This document shows positions 28,235-37,820 of a DNA stretch of 64,000 bases, piece by piece. This DNA is from Bacteroidia bacterium (GTDB taxonomy: Bacteria; Bacteroidota; Bacteroidia; M30B66), in the NCBI GenBank assembly GCA_965279035.1, contig OZ257142.1:556491-620490 (forward strand). Direction: 5' to 3'. Positions within the stretch are counted from its first letter, which is position 1. Every line of letters starts with the position of its first letter. Below the pieces are notes generated by a model, which was not told the origin of the DNA, searched no databases, and saw nothing but the letters and a program-made list of their open reading frames with translations. A program made the translations under genes and the position numbers.

Positions 28235-29908
28235 ATGAACTGGAGCAATATTTTCCGTAAAAAGAGCATCGATAAGATTATTGGCGATTCCACGCATAGC
28301 GAACATGGTCCCGCCTTGGTTCGAAATCTCGGAATGCGCGATTTAACCTTCATGGGAATTGCTGCTATTATTGGCGCAGGTAGTTTTAGCAGTCTCGGAC
28401 AAGCCTGTTTTTCGGGTGGTCCAGCTGTGGTAATTCTCTTCATCATTTGTGCAATTGCCTGCGGGTTTACCGCATTATGCTATGCTGAATTTGCCTCGCG
28501 TGTGCCCGTTTCGGGAAGTGCATATACATACGCCTATGTTTCTTTCGGGGAGGTTTTTGCCTGGATAATTGGCTGGGCTTTGCTGATGGAATATTCCATT
28601 GGAAACATCTATGTAGCCTTTTCCTGGAGTGGATATTTCACCAATTTACTGGATGGTATTGGTCTTCACTTACCCGATTGGCTAACCATAAACTACCAAG
28701 CTGCTTCATCTGCATTTGCCGAAGGAAAACCGGGAGAAGGTTTAAACGCCTGGAATACAGCTCCTCAATTAGGAAGTTTACGTATCATCTTCGACTTACC
28801 GGCAGTCCTCATCAACGTACTTATTACAACCTTGGTTTACATCGGAGTGAATGAAACCCGTCGTGTGAGCAATGCCATGGTAATCCTAAAGTTGCTCATT
28901 GTTGTGATGGTGATTGTTGTTGGAGCTTTTTATGTCGATATTGATAATTGGTCACCATTTATGCCCAATGGCTTTCACGGAGTGATGGGCGGGGCCGCTG
29001 CTGTTTTCTTTGCCTACATTGGGTTTGATGCCGTTTCTACGTTGGCTGAGGAAGCAAAAAATCCCCAACGCGATCTTCCTAAAGGGATGATTTATTCCTT
29101 GCTAATCTGTACGGTCGTTTACATTCTTTTGGCTCTTGTACTTACAGGAATGGTAGGATATCAATCCTTAGGTGTGAGCGATCCATTGGCAGAAGTTTTC
29201 AAACTTAAAGCAGTAAAATGGATGCTGTACATTGTTTCTGTTGCCGCAGTAGTAGCCATGACCAGCGTACTTCTCGTATTCCAACTTGGACAACCGCGTA
29301 TTTGGATGAGTATGAGCCGCGATGGTCTATTACCTAAACGTTTTGCTAAGATTCATCCGAAGTACAAAACTCCTGGTTTTTCATCTATCGTTACCGGATT
29401 GGTGGTTGGTATCCCCATCTTCTTTACGGATGAACAGTTTGTTCTCGATTTTACTTCCATCGGAACTTTATTTGCCTTTTTGCTGGTCTGCGCCGGAGTA
29501 TTGATGCTTCCTCCCAAAGACAAGAGTATTCCACACGTTCATAAAACCTTTCGTTTACCCTATATCAATGGGAAGTGGATTGTGCCTCTGATGGTCATTG
29601 GTTCTGCTATTAGTTTGTTCAAATGGGCACCAGATTTTCTCACTCAACAATTAGCCATCACAGGCGATAATGCAGCGAACACCATTCCGATGCTTGTGTT
29701 TTTTGCCCTGTGTTTAGTGATGTCGGTGATGAGCTATATGAAAAATCTATCGCTCATTCCTGTTTTGGGAGTTCTTTCCTGTACCTATTTGCTTACCGGA
29801 ATGGCTGCTTCTAACTGGATTTGGTTTGGTGCATGGCTTCTGATAGGATTAGTCGTATACCTGCTATACGGAGCTAAAAACAGCAAACTCGCTAAACTTA
29901 AATTGTAG
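28235..29908 (+). CDS. APC family amino acid permease (cationic amino acid transporter-like)
   Basis: 557 aa with about 14 transmembrane segments and an N-terminal FMGIAAIIGAGSF motif. Confidence 0.85.
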   Translation: MNWSNIFRKKSIDKIIGDSTHSEHGPALVRNLGMRDLTFMGIAAIIGAGSFSSLGQACFSGGPAVVILFIICAIACGFTALCYAEFASRVPVSGSAYTYAYVSFGEVFAWIIGWALLMEYSIGNIYVAFSWSGYFTNLLDGIGLHLPDWLTINYQAASSAFAEGKPGEGLNAWNTAPQLGSLRIIFDLPAVLINVLITTLVYIGVNETRRVSNAMVILKLLIVVMVIVVGAFYVDIDNWSPFMPNGFHGVMGGAAAVFFAYIGFDAVSTLAEEAKNPQRDLPKGMIYSLLICTVVYILLALVLTGMVGYQSLGVSDPLAEVFKLKAVKWMLYIVSVAAVVAMTSVLLVFQLGQPRIWMSMSRDGLLPKRFAKIHPKYKTPGFSSIVTGLVVGIPIFFTDEQFVLDFTSIGTLFAFLLVCAGVLMLPPKDKSIPHVHKTFRLPYINGKWIVPLMVIGSAISLFKWAPDFLTQQLAITGDNAANTIPMLVFFALCLVMSVMSYMKNLSLIPVLGVLSCTYLLTGMAASNWIWFGAWLLIGLVVYLLYGAKNSKLAKLKL

Positions 29909-31259
29909 AACTGAACAGTTGAGTAGAAGGTAAATTCCTCCAAAGTCGGGCATCAAATGCCATACAGATGTTGCGCACAAAACCTTTTCCTTTCTCAGTT
30001 ACTTTTAACTGAAATGGCTCACGGATAATTAATCCATCCTGCTCCATTTCACTTAATCGCTCCAACCCTTCATACCAAGCATCGGTTTGCAAACGTGTAC
30101 ACGACCAATCGGTTTCGAAGCGGCACATCAAATTGGTGATATGTTCCCGAATGACCTTGTCTTCTCGGTTGAGTAAATGTCCTCTGAAATAAGCCCATTC
30201 GCCTGCTTTTACACGAGCGAGGTAGTCTTCTACTTTCTTCTCATTTTGCACGTAAGCTGTTCCGCAATCGCTAATGGAAGATGCTCCTAGACCAATTAGG
30301 AGTTCACTTTGGGTTGTTGTATAACCCATGAAATTCCGATTAAGTCGGCCATCCGCTTCGGCAAGCATGAGGGAATCGTTTTTCAAAGCAAAATGATCCA
30401 TGCCGATTTCAGTAAACCCAGCATTTTCGAGCATTTCACGTCCTTTTTCATACAGCTCCCTTTTTTGATCGGGTAGAGGAAGATCCATTTCGGTGAATTT
30501 CCGTTGACCGGGTTTTATCCAAGGAACATGCGCATAACTATAAAAGGCAATCCGATCAGGCTTTAAACGAACCACTTCATCAATGGTTGTTGTAATGCCA
30601 CTTAATGTTTGAAATGGCAATCCGTAAATTAAGTCGTAATTGATTGATGTATAGCCAATTTCACGTGCTGTACGAGTAACAGTTTCGACTTCTTCTACCG
30701 TTTGAAAACGATGAATAGCATCTTGTACTTTTTCATCAAAGTCCTGAATCCCAAAACTAACCCGACGAAATCCTAACTCAAATAAAGTTTCAAGGTGTTC
30801 ACGTGTTGTGTTACCGGGATGACCTTCAAAGCTAAATTCCGCATCTGGAGTAACAACAACAGTACTTAAGATTCCATCTAACAGAAACTTCAAATTTTCG
30901 GGACTAAAGAATGTGGGAGTTCCTCCTCCTAAGTGCAATTCTGCCAAACGTGGTGTGGTAGCAAAAAGATCGAGGTATTTACTCCATTCGTTCAGAACGG
31001 CTATTTTATATGGCTTTTCAACTAAGTGATTGCGGGTGATACGAGTGGTACATCCACAATAAGTACAAAGACTTTCGCAATAAGGAAGGTGGATGTATAA
31101 ACTAATTCCGTTTTCACCATTGTTCCTTAAATATGTTTGGAGCGCTCGGTTTTCCCATGATTCCTCCTCCGGCCGTCCCGAGTCCCAATAGGGAACCGTT
31201 GGATAGCTCGTGTATCGAGGTCCAGGGACAGCATATTTGCGAAGAAGGTCAGTTTGCAT
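29898..31259 (-). CDS. hemN: Oxygen-independent coproporphyrinogen III oxidase (radical SAM)
   Basis: 453 aa with the radical-SAM motif LYIHLPYCESLCTYCGC and a HemN C-domain. Confidence 0.9.
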   Translation of the reverse strand: MQTDLLRKYAVPGPRYTSYPTVPYWDSGRPEEESWENRALQTYLRNNGENGISLYIHLPYCESLCTYCGCTTRITRNHLVEKPYKIAVLNEWSKYLDLFATTPRLAELHLGGGTPTFFSPENLKFLLDGILSTVVVTPDAEFSFEGHPGNTTREHLETLFELGFRRVSFGIQDFDEKVQDAIHRFQTVEEVETVTRTAREIGYTSINYDLIYGLPFQTLSGITTTIDEVVRLKPDRIAFYSYAHVPWIKPGQRKFTEMDLPLPDQKRELYEKGREMLENAGFTEIGMDHFALKNDSLMLAEADGRLNRNFMGYTTTQSELLIGLGASSISDCGTAYVQNEKKVEDYLARVKAGEWAYFRGHLLNREDKVIREHITNLMCRFETDWSCTRLQTDAWYEGLERLSEMEQDGLIIREPFQLKVTEKGKGFVRNICMAFDARLWRNLPSTQLFSSTI

Positions 31260-31265
31260 GGGAAA

Positions 31266-31991
31266 TTAATGTGCTTGTTGCATTCCCGGCTTGTGACAGC
31301 AGGAATGTTCTGTATTGTCTGTATGTGAAAGTTGAGGACTGATATACGGAATACCCAATCCGAGTCCTCTTAAAATGAGCAGGCATGCCATAACACCAGC
31401 AACGATAGGTGCTAGTTTACGCATGGAGCTACGGAAAGATGCCGAAAGAGAAGAAAAGAGGGTGACACTGAACATAGCGGGCAAAGTACCCAACCCGAAC
31501 ACCGCCATGAACAGTGCACCCAAAAAAATATCGCCTGAAGCAGTAGCTCCGGCCAAAGCCATATAAACTAACCCACAAGGCAGTAAACCATTGAACACAC
31601 CAGTTAGAAAAAGAGCTGTATAGGAACGTTTGCTAAACAAATAGCTGAAACGCGCTTTAAGCCAGAATGCTAACTGAGGAAACACCACAGAGAAGAATCC
31701 ATCTTTTTTAACAGAAGGCAGCACAACCGTTATAAGTAGAAGAATACCTAACACAATCGAAAGTGTTTGTTGGTATCCTGCTAGAATTACTCCCATTCCA
31801 AGTGCACCGAAAATGGCACCTAAAACAGCATAGGTAAAAGCTCGACCAATGTTATACAGGATTATTCCAGCAACTCTACCCTGAGGACTAAGATGATGAA
31901 CAGGTAGTGCCAGTGCAATAGGTCCGCACATTCCCACACAGTGGAAACTTCCAAGTATTCCTAAGCTAAATGCAGCAATCAGGAGTTCCAT
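31266..31991 (-). CDS. Sulfite exporter TauE/SafE family membrane protein (cbb3-cluster associated)
   Basis: 241 aa, polytopic, with FHCVGMCGP. This is the usual partner of ccoG/fixH in Bacteroidota. Confidence 0.8.
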   Translation of the reverse strand: MELLIAAFSLGILGSFHCVGMCGPIALALPVHHLSPQGRVAGIILYNIGRAFTYAVLGAIFGALGMGVILAGYQQTLSIVLGILLLITVVLPSVKKDGFFSVVFPQLAFWLKARFSYLFSKRSYTALFLTGVFNGLLPCGLVYMALAGATASGDIFLGALFMAVFGLGTLPAMFSVTLFSSLSASFRSSMRKLAPIVAGVMACLLILRGLGLGIPYISPQLSHTDNTEHSCCHKPGMQQAH

Positions 31992-31997
31992 GGTGGC

Positions 31998-32453
31998 TTA
32001 GTTTAATACAACAACACCTTCGTTGTAATACGTTTGAGCATCGGCAGACCAATCAATTCGGATCTTGTACATGCCTTTTCCAAGTGTTTCGGTTGAAATT
32101 TCCTGTTTCATTTCAACATTTGCTTGAACAGGGAAGTTCACATCCGAATTATTGTTAGAAGGCTTGAAAAGCGTAATGGTTCCGCCAATTTTCTTTCCAG
32201 TAAAAGATGCTGGATAGTTAATCAGTAATTTCCCGGTTTCCACTTTCCAGCTAAGCGGTTCTGCTAAAGCTTTCGAACGGTTCGATTTATCGATTTGCTC
32301 TTGAAATACAAGCTCTTTAGCATAGTAATCTTTCGAAGTAAGGTCGAGCTTCTTGCCGAAACTATTTACGACCATTCCGATAATTCCAAGGGCAAACAAA
32401 GAATAAACGATTGCTATTCCAGTGCCCCATGTCCAGATTTTTGATTTTTTCAT
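31998..32453 (-). CDS. ccoH: FixH/CcoH-like protein
   Basis: 151 aa with an N-terminal TM helix, FixH-like. Confidence 0.75.
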   Translation of the reverse strand: MKKSKIWTWGTGIAIVYSLFALGIIGMVVNSFGKKLDLTSKDYYAKELVFQEQIDKSNRSKALAEPLSWKVETGKLLINYPASFTGKKIGGTITLFKPSNNNSDVNFPVQANVEMKQEISTETLGKGMYKIRIDWSADAQTYYNEGVVVLN

Positions 32454-32475
32454 GATGGTTGGGTTTTACATGAAA

Positions 32476-33897
32476 TTACTTAACAGGTCCGAGGAAGTTC
32501 GTTTTGGTATTTTCCAGCGTTTCTCCGTCGACATTGAGTTTGAATTTTATCTCATTCTTTCTGCCTTCCAGATCTTTACGAGCAATTGTTACGAAGAATG
32601 TTCCTTCTGCTAATCCTGCTGATGGAATATTGAACTTTTCTTTTGATCCAACATGTTTAATTACACCAGCCGGAGATTCAAGAATTAAATCCAGTTTCAT
32701 TTCATCCTTCGTCTTATTGACAATTTTGAAATTGTACAGATTGCTGATACTGTCTTTTCCAACTTCTTGGAACATCATTCCGGGTGCACGAAGTATAGTA
32801 GCTTCTACTTTGCTTCTTCCTGCAATTCCAAAACTTAAGCCGACCATTAGTCCTACCAAAATGATTGAATATCCAATCATTCTTAAAGTAAATGTTAGCT
32901 TTTTGCCTGAAGCAATACCGTTTTCAGAATCGTATCGAATTAATCCTTTTGGCTTATGGATTCCTTCCATAATACCATCGCAAGCATCCATACAAGCAGT
33001 ACAATTCACGCATTCGAGCTGAGTACCATTACGAATGTCGATTCCAGTTGGACAAACCCGAACACATAAACCACAATCAATACAGTCGCCTAGTTTGGAT
33101 GTGTCATCTCCTTTATGATGTTTTCCTCTAGGTTCGCCACGAACATAGTCGTATGCTACCATGATGGAGTTCCGATCCAGGAGTACACCTTGTAATCGTC
33201 CGTAAGGACAAACAACCAAGCATACTTGCTCACGGAAATACATGTACACGAAAAAGAAAGCTCCGGTGAAGAAAATCATCGCAGAAAATCCTCCGTAATG
33301 TTTACTGAGCGGCTCTTGAACGATGCTAATCAATTCATCCATCCCGATGATGTAGGAAAGGAAGAAGTTTCCAAACAAGAAAGAAAGAACAAAGAAGATG
33401 AATGTTTTGGTTCCTTTTTTTCGGATTTTTTCCAAGTTCCAAGGACCTTTATCGAGTTGACGTTGCTTGTTTGCATCGCCCTCTATCCAATATTCAATCT
33501 TCCTGAAAACCATTTCCATGAAAATGGTCTGAGGACAAGCCCATCCACAGAATAACCTTCCAAAGATGACGGTAAATAGTACGATGAACACCATAAAAGT
33601 GAGCATCGCCAATGCAAACAGGAACAAGTCTTGAGGAAAAAAGACAAGTCCGAAAATGATGAACTTTCGTTCAACGATATTCATTAAAACCAGTGGATCA
33701 CCATCAAGTTTTATGAATGGAATGGTAAAGAACAGAATCAGGTAGACAATACTTACAATTGTCCGTCTGTTGTAGAACTTCCCTTTGGGTCTTTGCGGGT
33801 AAATCCAATTCCGTTTTCCATCAGCAGTGATGGTGTTAATGGAGTCGCGGAAGGATTCATCTTGGGTTGGGTTTTCCCTTTTAGGGTCGGAATCCAT
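32476..33897 (-). CDS. ccoG: Cytochrome c oxidase accessory protein CcoG (4Fe-4S ferredoxin, membrane)
   Basis: 473 aa with two ferredoxin motifs CIDCGLCVRVCP and CVNCTACMDAC. Confidence 0.9.
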   Translation of the reverse strand: MDSDPKRENPTQDESFRDSINTITADGKRNWIYPQRPKGKFYNRRTIVSIVYLILFFTIPFIKLDGDPLVLMNIVERKFIIFGLVFFPQDLFLFALAMLTFMVFIVLFTVIFGRLFCGWACPQTIFMEMVFRKIEYWIEGDANKQRQLDKGPWNLEKIRKKGTKTFIFFVLSFLFGNFFLSYIIGMDELISIVQEPLSKHYGGFSAMIFFTGAFFFVYMYFREQVCLVVCPYGRLQGVLLDRNSIMVAYDYVRGEPRGKHHKGDDTSKLGDCIDCGLCVRVCPTGIDIRNGTQLECVNCTACMDACDGIMEGIHKPKGLIRYDSENGIASGKKLTFTLRMIGYSIILVGLMVGLSFGIAGRSKVEATILRAPGMMFQEVGKDSISNLYNFKIVNKTKDEMKLDLILESPAGVIKHVGSKEKFNIPSAGLAEGTFFVTIARKDLEGRKNEIKFKLNVDGETLENTKTNFLGPVK

Positions 33898-33912
33898 GGT
33901 GTGGGTTGGGTT

Positions 33913-35142
33913 TTATTTGACTTCAGTGGCAGCCATCGCTTTGGTGGTGTCGGTTTTTACTGTTGATGTATCGCCTGGAGTGGCAGTTGGCTCAACCCAA
34001 ACTTCTCCTTGAGGAGCTTTTGGGTTAGCAGGATTAGTTCCTTGTAGGGAAAGAATATAGCTGGCAACTTTTTGCATGGCTTCAGGTTTCAACTGAGCTT
34101 GCCAAGCAATCATCCCTTTTGCAGGAACACCGTATTTGATGGTTTTGAATACATTTTGGATACCTCCTCCATGTATCCAGTTAGGATCTGTCAAGTTTGG
34201 ACCAACTCCACCTTCACCATTTTGACCATGACAAGCAGCACAATTGCCAGAATAGATTTCTTTAGCAGAGGCCAAAGAACCAGCATCCGTTAATAGTGTA
34301 ACATTGGTTTCATCGACGTTAGCCGCAGTTTCTTTCAAGTGTTCTTTTTTCAACAACTCAGCTTCAATCATTGAAGATTGATATTCCTGTGTTTGGAGTG
34401 GAGAGCTGTGTGAAACGTGATAGTTGAAGAGATACACTATACCGAATACAATCGTAAAATAAAATCCGTATTTCCACCAAGGAGGAAGATTGTTGTCCAA
34501 CTCACGAATACCATCGTACTCATGGTCGGTCATAACAGTAGCTTCTTGTTCCAATGGAACAGCATCTGTTAATTGACGATCGAGCCATTTCCAGTTAATC
34601 CAAGGTTTAACATTTTCCATATCTGGAGCTGGTTGGAAGCCAAATCCGATAAGAAGTTGTTTGATTGACTTAAGTAATCCTAGAATGATGATGAATTCTA
34701 TTACAATCATGACCAACATCAAAACGAAAATCCAACTATCGAGACCTGCAATTTGAATTGGAGGCATCCATTTATTGGTTGTTGGTCCTGTTGCAACTTC
34801 TGCTGCAACTTCTTGAGCTGAACTGCTAAGTGGCAATAAAAACGCAAGTGCTAAAATCGGGCTTAGACTTGAAATTTTGTCTTTGCGAAGTTTAGCTCTT
34901 CCTGATTCAGAAAGGTTGCGAATGGCTCCTGACAAGCTCAAAATCACTCCTAATAAAACTAATGTTGTTACCAGAAGGATGATGAATGTTGGATTCATCA
35001 TGAGTGATGGAGATTCTACTGGAGTTGCTGCAGCTGCTTCAGGAGCAGCCTGTTGGGCAACTGCTGACAATGTTGTAAATAACATTGCCGGCAGGAGCAT
35101 CCAACTTGAATTCAAACGGGCGTTAGATTGAACTGTTTTCAT
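33913..35142 (-). CDS. ccoP: cbb3-type cytochrome c oxidase subunit III-like c-type cytochrome (CcoP)
   Basis: 409 aa with a CAACHG heme motif and a membrane anchor. Confidence 0.8.
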   Translation of the reverse strand: MKTVQSNARLNSSWMLLPAMLFTTLSAVAQQAAPEAAAATPVESPSLMMNPTFIILLVTTLVLLGVILSLSGAIRNLSESGRAKLRKDKISSLSPILALAFLLPLSSSAQEVAAEVATGPTTNKWMPPIQIAGLDSWIFVLMLVMIVIEFIIILGLLKSIKQLLIGFGFQPAPDMENVKPWINWKWLDRQLTDAVPLEQEATVMTDHEYDGIRELDNNLPPWWKYGFYFTIVFGIVYLFNYHVSHSSPLQTQEYQSSMIEAELLKKEHLKETAANVDETNVTLLTDAGSLASAKEIYSGNCAACHGQNGEGGVGPNLTDPNWIHGGGIQNVFKTIKYGVPAKGMIAWQAQLKPEAMQKVASYILSLQGTNPANPKAPQGEVWVEPTATPGDTSTVKTDTTKAMAATEVK

Positions 35143-35154
35143 AGCTGCTGTTTT

Positions 35155-35325
35155 TTACTGTTCGTCTTGCTCAAATGGGAGATTTTCCATGATTGCTACT
35201 TCTTGTTTGCTGGTGTTAAATACATGCCATAACAGCGCAATAAAGAACAAGAAGAAGATTGTTAGTGAGATCATCGGGAAGATGTCGACACCTGCAATCG
35301 TTGAGAGATAATTAATGAATTTCAT
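35155..35325 (-). CDS. ccoQ: cbb3-type cytochrome oxidase subunit CcoQ (56 aa, not in the supplied ORF track)
   Basis: Translated by hand as MKFINYLSTIAGVDIFPMISLTIFFLFFIALLWHVFNTSKQEVAIMENLPFEQDEQ. It is a single-TM peptide between ccoNO and ccoP. Confidence 0.7.
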   Translation of the reverse strand: MKFINYLSTIAGVDIFPMISLTIFFLFFIALLWHVFNTSKQEVAIMENLPFEQDEQ

Positions 35326-35345
35326 GACGAATCAGGTTGGGTTGA

Positions 35346-37502
35346 TTAAGGCTTGGTTGTAGCAATTTGACCAAAGACAATTTTGTTCTCTCCTTTGATG
35401 TCTGTTCCAAGTCGTTGCAAGTAGGAAATCATGGCGATGATTTCTTTGTTAGGCAAGGCTTCGATACCAGACTCTTTAAGGTTATTTACAATTTTGTTTT
35501 GTTGGCGAACCAAGTCTTGGTTAGCAATCTTATCATAGCCTTCAGGATAAGGTACACCCAAAGTCATCATAGCACGAATTTTAGGAGCAGTTGATGTAGT
35601 ATCTAAATCATCGTCAAGTAACCAAGGATACATTGGCATGATTGAACCTGGTGACATGGTACGAGGATCATCCATGTGGTTGTAGTGCCAGCTATCAGGA
35701 TATTTTCCTCCTTCTCTTTGCAAATCTGGACCTGTACGTTTTGATCCCCACTGGAATGGATGGTCATAAACATATTCTCCAGCTTTTGAATATTCACCAT
35801 AACGTTCTGTTTCGAAACGGAATGGACGAATCATTTGGCTGTGACAAGTGTAACATCCTTCACGAACATAAATATCACGACCTTGAAGTTCAAGTGGAGT
35901 GTAAGGTTGAACAGAAGCAATTGTTGGAATATTACTCTTAATCAAGAATGTTGGAATCATTTCAACTAAACCACCAATCAGAATCATGATTAAGCTGAAC
36001 AATAGCATTTGAAATGGCTTACGTTCAATTACACGGTGCCATCCTTCTGAAGCTTGGTGACCTGGAGTTGCGCCTTTTGGAAGTGGAGCAGCTTCGGCAG
36101 CTTCGTTTGCAATGAATTTACCAGCAAATGCTGTTTTCCATAAGTTGTAAATCATTACCAAGAAACCAACTAAGTATAACGTACCACCTAAAGAGCGAAG
36201 CGCATACATTGGAATCAATTGAGTTACTGTTTCCAAGAAGTTTGGATAACGTAGGAATCCATCAGCAGTAAACTCTCTCCACATTTCGAACTGAGTTAGA
36301 CCAGCCCAATAAAGTGGAATCGCATAGAACATGATTCCAAGTGTGCCAATCCAGAAATGGAAGTTGGCTAGTTTTTTAGAGAAAAGTTCACGGCCATAGA
36401 AGCGTGGGAATAACCAGTATAGCATACCAAAGGTTAACATACCGTTCCATCCTAAAGCCCCCACGTGAACGTGTGCTATAATCCAATCGGTAAAGTGAGC
36501 AATCGCATTTACGTTTTTCAACGAAAGCATTGGTCCTTCAAACGTCGACATACCATAAGCAGTGATTGCCACTACCATGAACTTCAATACCACATCTTCA
36601 CGAACTTTATCCCAAGCTCCACGAAGTGTCAATAATCCGTTAATCATACCACCCCAACTTGGAGCGATCAACATAAAGGAGAATACTACCCCTAATGATT
36701 GAGCCCAATCAGGAAGTGCTGTATATAACAAGTGGTGAGGACCAGCCCAGATATATAAGAAAATAAGTGCCCAGAAGTGGATAATCGATAGACGGTAAGA
36801 GTAAACCGGACGACCAGCTGCTTTTGGTACGAAATAGTACATTAAACCTAAGTAAGGAGTAGTAAGGAAAAATGCCACCGCATTGTGACCATACCACCAC
36901 TGAACCAAAGCATCCTGAACACCTGCGTATGCACTGTAGCTTTTCAAGAAACTTACAGGAAGTTCCATTGAGTTAACAATGTGTAATACCGCTACTGTTA
37001 CGAAGGTTGCGATGTAGAACCAAATCGCTACATATAAGTGTTGCACCCGGCGTTTAACAATGGTTCCGAACATGTTAATCCCGAAAACCACCCAGATTAA
37101 TGCAATTGCAATATCGATTGGCCATTCGAGTTCGGCATATTCCTTACCAGTTGTGTAACCCAATGGTAAAGTAAGAGCAGCTGCAAGAATGATTAATTGC
37201 CATCCCCAGAAGTGAATGTTACTTAATGCATTACTAAACATTCGGGCTTTTAAAAGCCTTTGAAGTGAATAGTAAACACCTGCAAATATTCCGTTTCCTA
37301 CAAAAGCGAAAATTACCGCATTCGTATGCAGCGGTCTAAGTCGGCCAAATGTAGTTAAGGGAAAACCCAGGTTAAGGTTCGGGAATACGAGCTCCAGCGC
37401 GATGTAAAGTCCTACAAGCATTCCAATTAATCCGAAGATTATGGATGCTACAGCGAAGTTTCGCGGGGTTCGGTTGTCGTACTCAAAACGTTCTAGTTCC
37501 AT
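35346..37502 (-). CDS. ccoNO: cbb3-type cytochrome c oxidase fused subunits I+II (CcoN-CcoO)
   Basis: 718 aa with a heme-copper oxidase N-terminal domain fused to a C-terminal mono-heme cytochrome c (CYTCHS). Confidence 0.9.
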   Translation of the reverse strand: MELERFEYDNRTPRNFAVASIIFGLIGMLVGLYIALELVFPNLNLGFPLTTFGRLRPLHTNAVIFAFVGNGIFAGVYYSLQRLLKARMFSNALSNIHFWGWQLIILAAALTLPLGYTTGKEYAELEWPIDIAIALIWVVFGINMFGTIVKRRVQHLYVAIWFYIATFVTVAVLHIVNSMELPVSFLKSYSAYAGVQDALVQWWYGHNAVAFFLTTPYLGLMYYFVPKAAGRPVYSYRLSIIHFWALIFLYIWAGPHHLLYTALPDWAQSLGVVFSFMLIAPSWGGMINGLLTLRGAWDKVREDVVLKFMVVAITAYGMSTFEGPMLSLKNVNAIAHFTDWIIAHVHVGALGWNGMLTFGMLYWLFPRFYGRELFSKKLANFHFWIGTLGIMFYAIPLYWAGLTQFEMWREFTADGFLRYPNFLETVTQLIPMYALRSLGGTLYLVGFLVMIYNLWKTAFAGKFIANEAAEAAPLPKGATPGHQASEGWHRVIERKPFQMLLFSLIMILIGGLVEMIPTFLIKSNIPTIASVQPYTPLELQGRDIYVREGCYTCHSQMIRPFRFETERYGEYSKAGEYVYDHPFQWGSKRTGPDLQREGGKYPDSWHYNHMDDPRTMSPGSIMPMYPWLLDDDLDTTSTAPKIRAMMTLGVPYPEGYDKIANQDLVRQQNKIVNNLKESGIEALPNKEIIAMISYLQRLGTDIKGENKIVFGQIATTKP

Positions 37503-37509
37503 GGCAACG

Positions 37510-37701
37510 TCAATGTTTAGGGATTGGTTGGGTTGAAGGTGTTTCTTTCTTAGGCTCTATGGCTTCATCATCAAATAGCATTCGCACAGATGGTGTGTAA
37601 CTGTCGTCGAACTGACCTTTTTTCACCGACCAAAGGAAGGCTGCTAAAAAGGCAAGTGCTACGCAAATGCTGATAAAAATTAGTACATAGAGTGCGCTCA
37701 T
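37510..37701 (-). CDS. ccoS: cbb3-type cytochrome oxidase maturation protein CcoS
   Basis: 63 aa with LYVLIFISICVALAFLAAFLWSVKKGQFDD, the CcoS/FixS signature. Confidence 0.85.
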   Translation of the reverse strand: MSALYVLIFISICVALAFLAAFLWSVKKGQFDDSYTPSVRMLFDDEAIEPKKETPSTQPIPKH

Positions 37702-37820
37702 AAGGAGGAGCTAATTGGGATTTCTAATAGTGTCAAAAATAGACCTGTGTTAAAAGGTGTTAAATGATGCGAGTCAGGTGGGAATATGATTTTAGTCAGG
37801 TTTTATATGGGTATTTCTAC

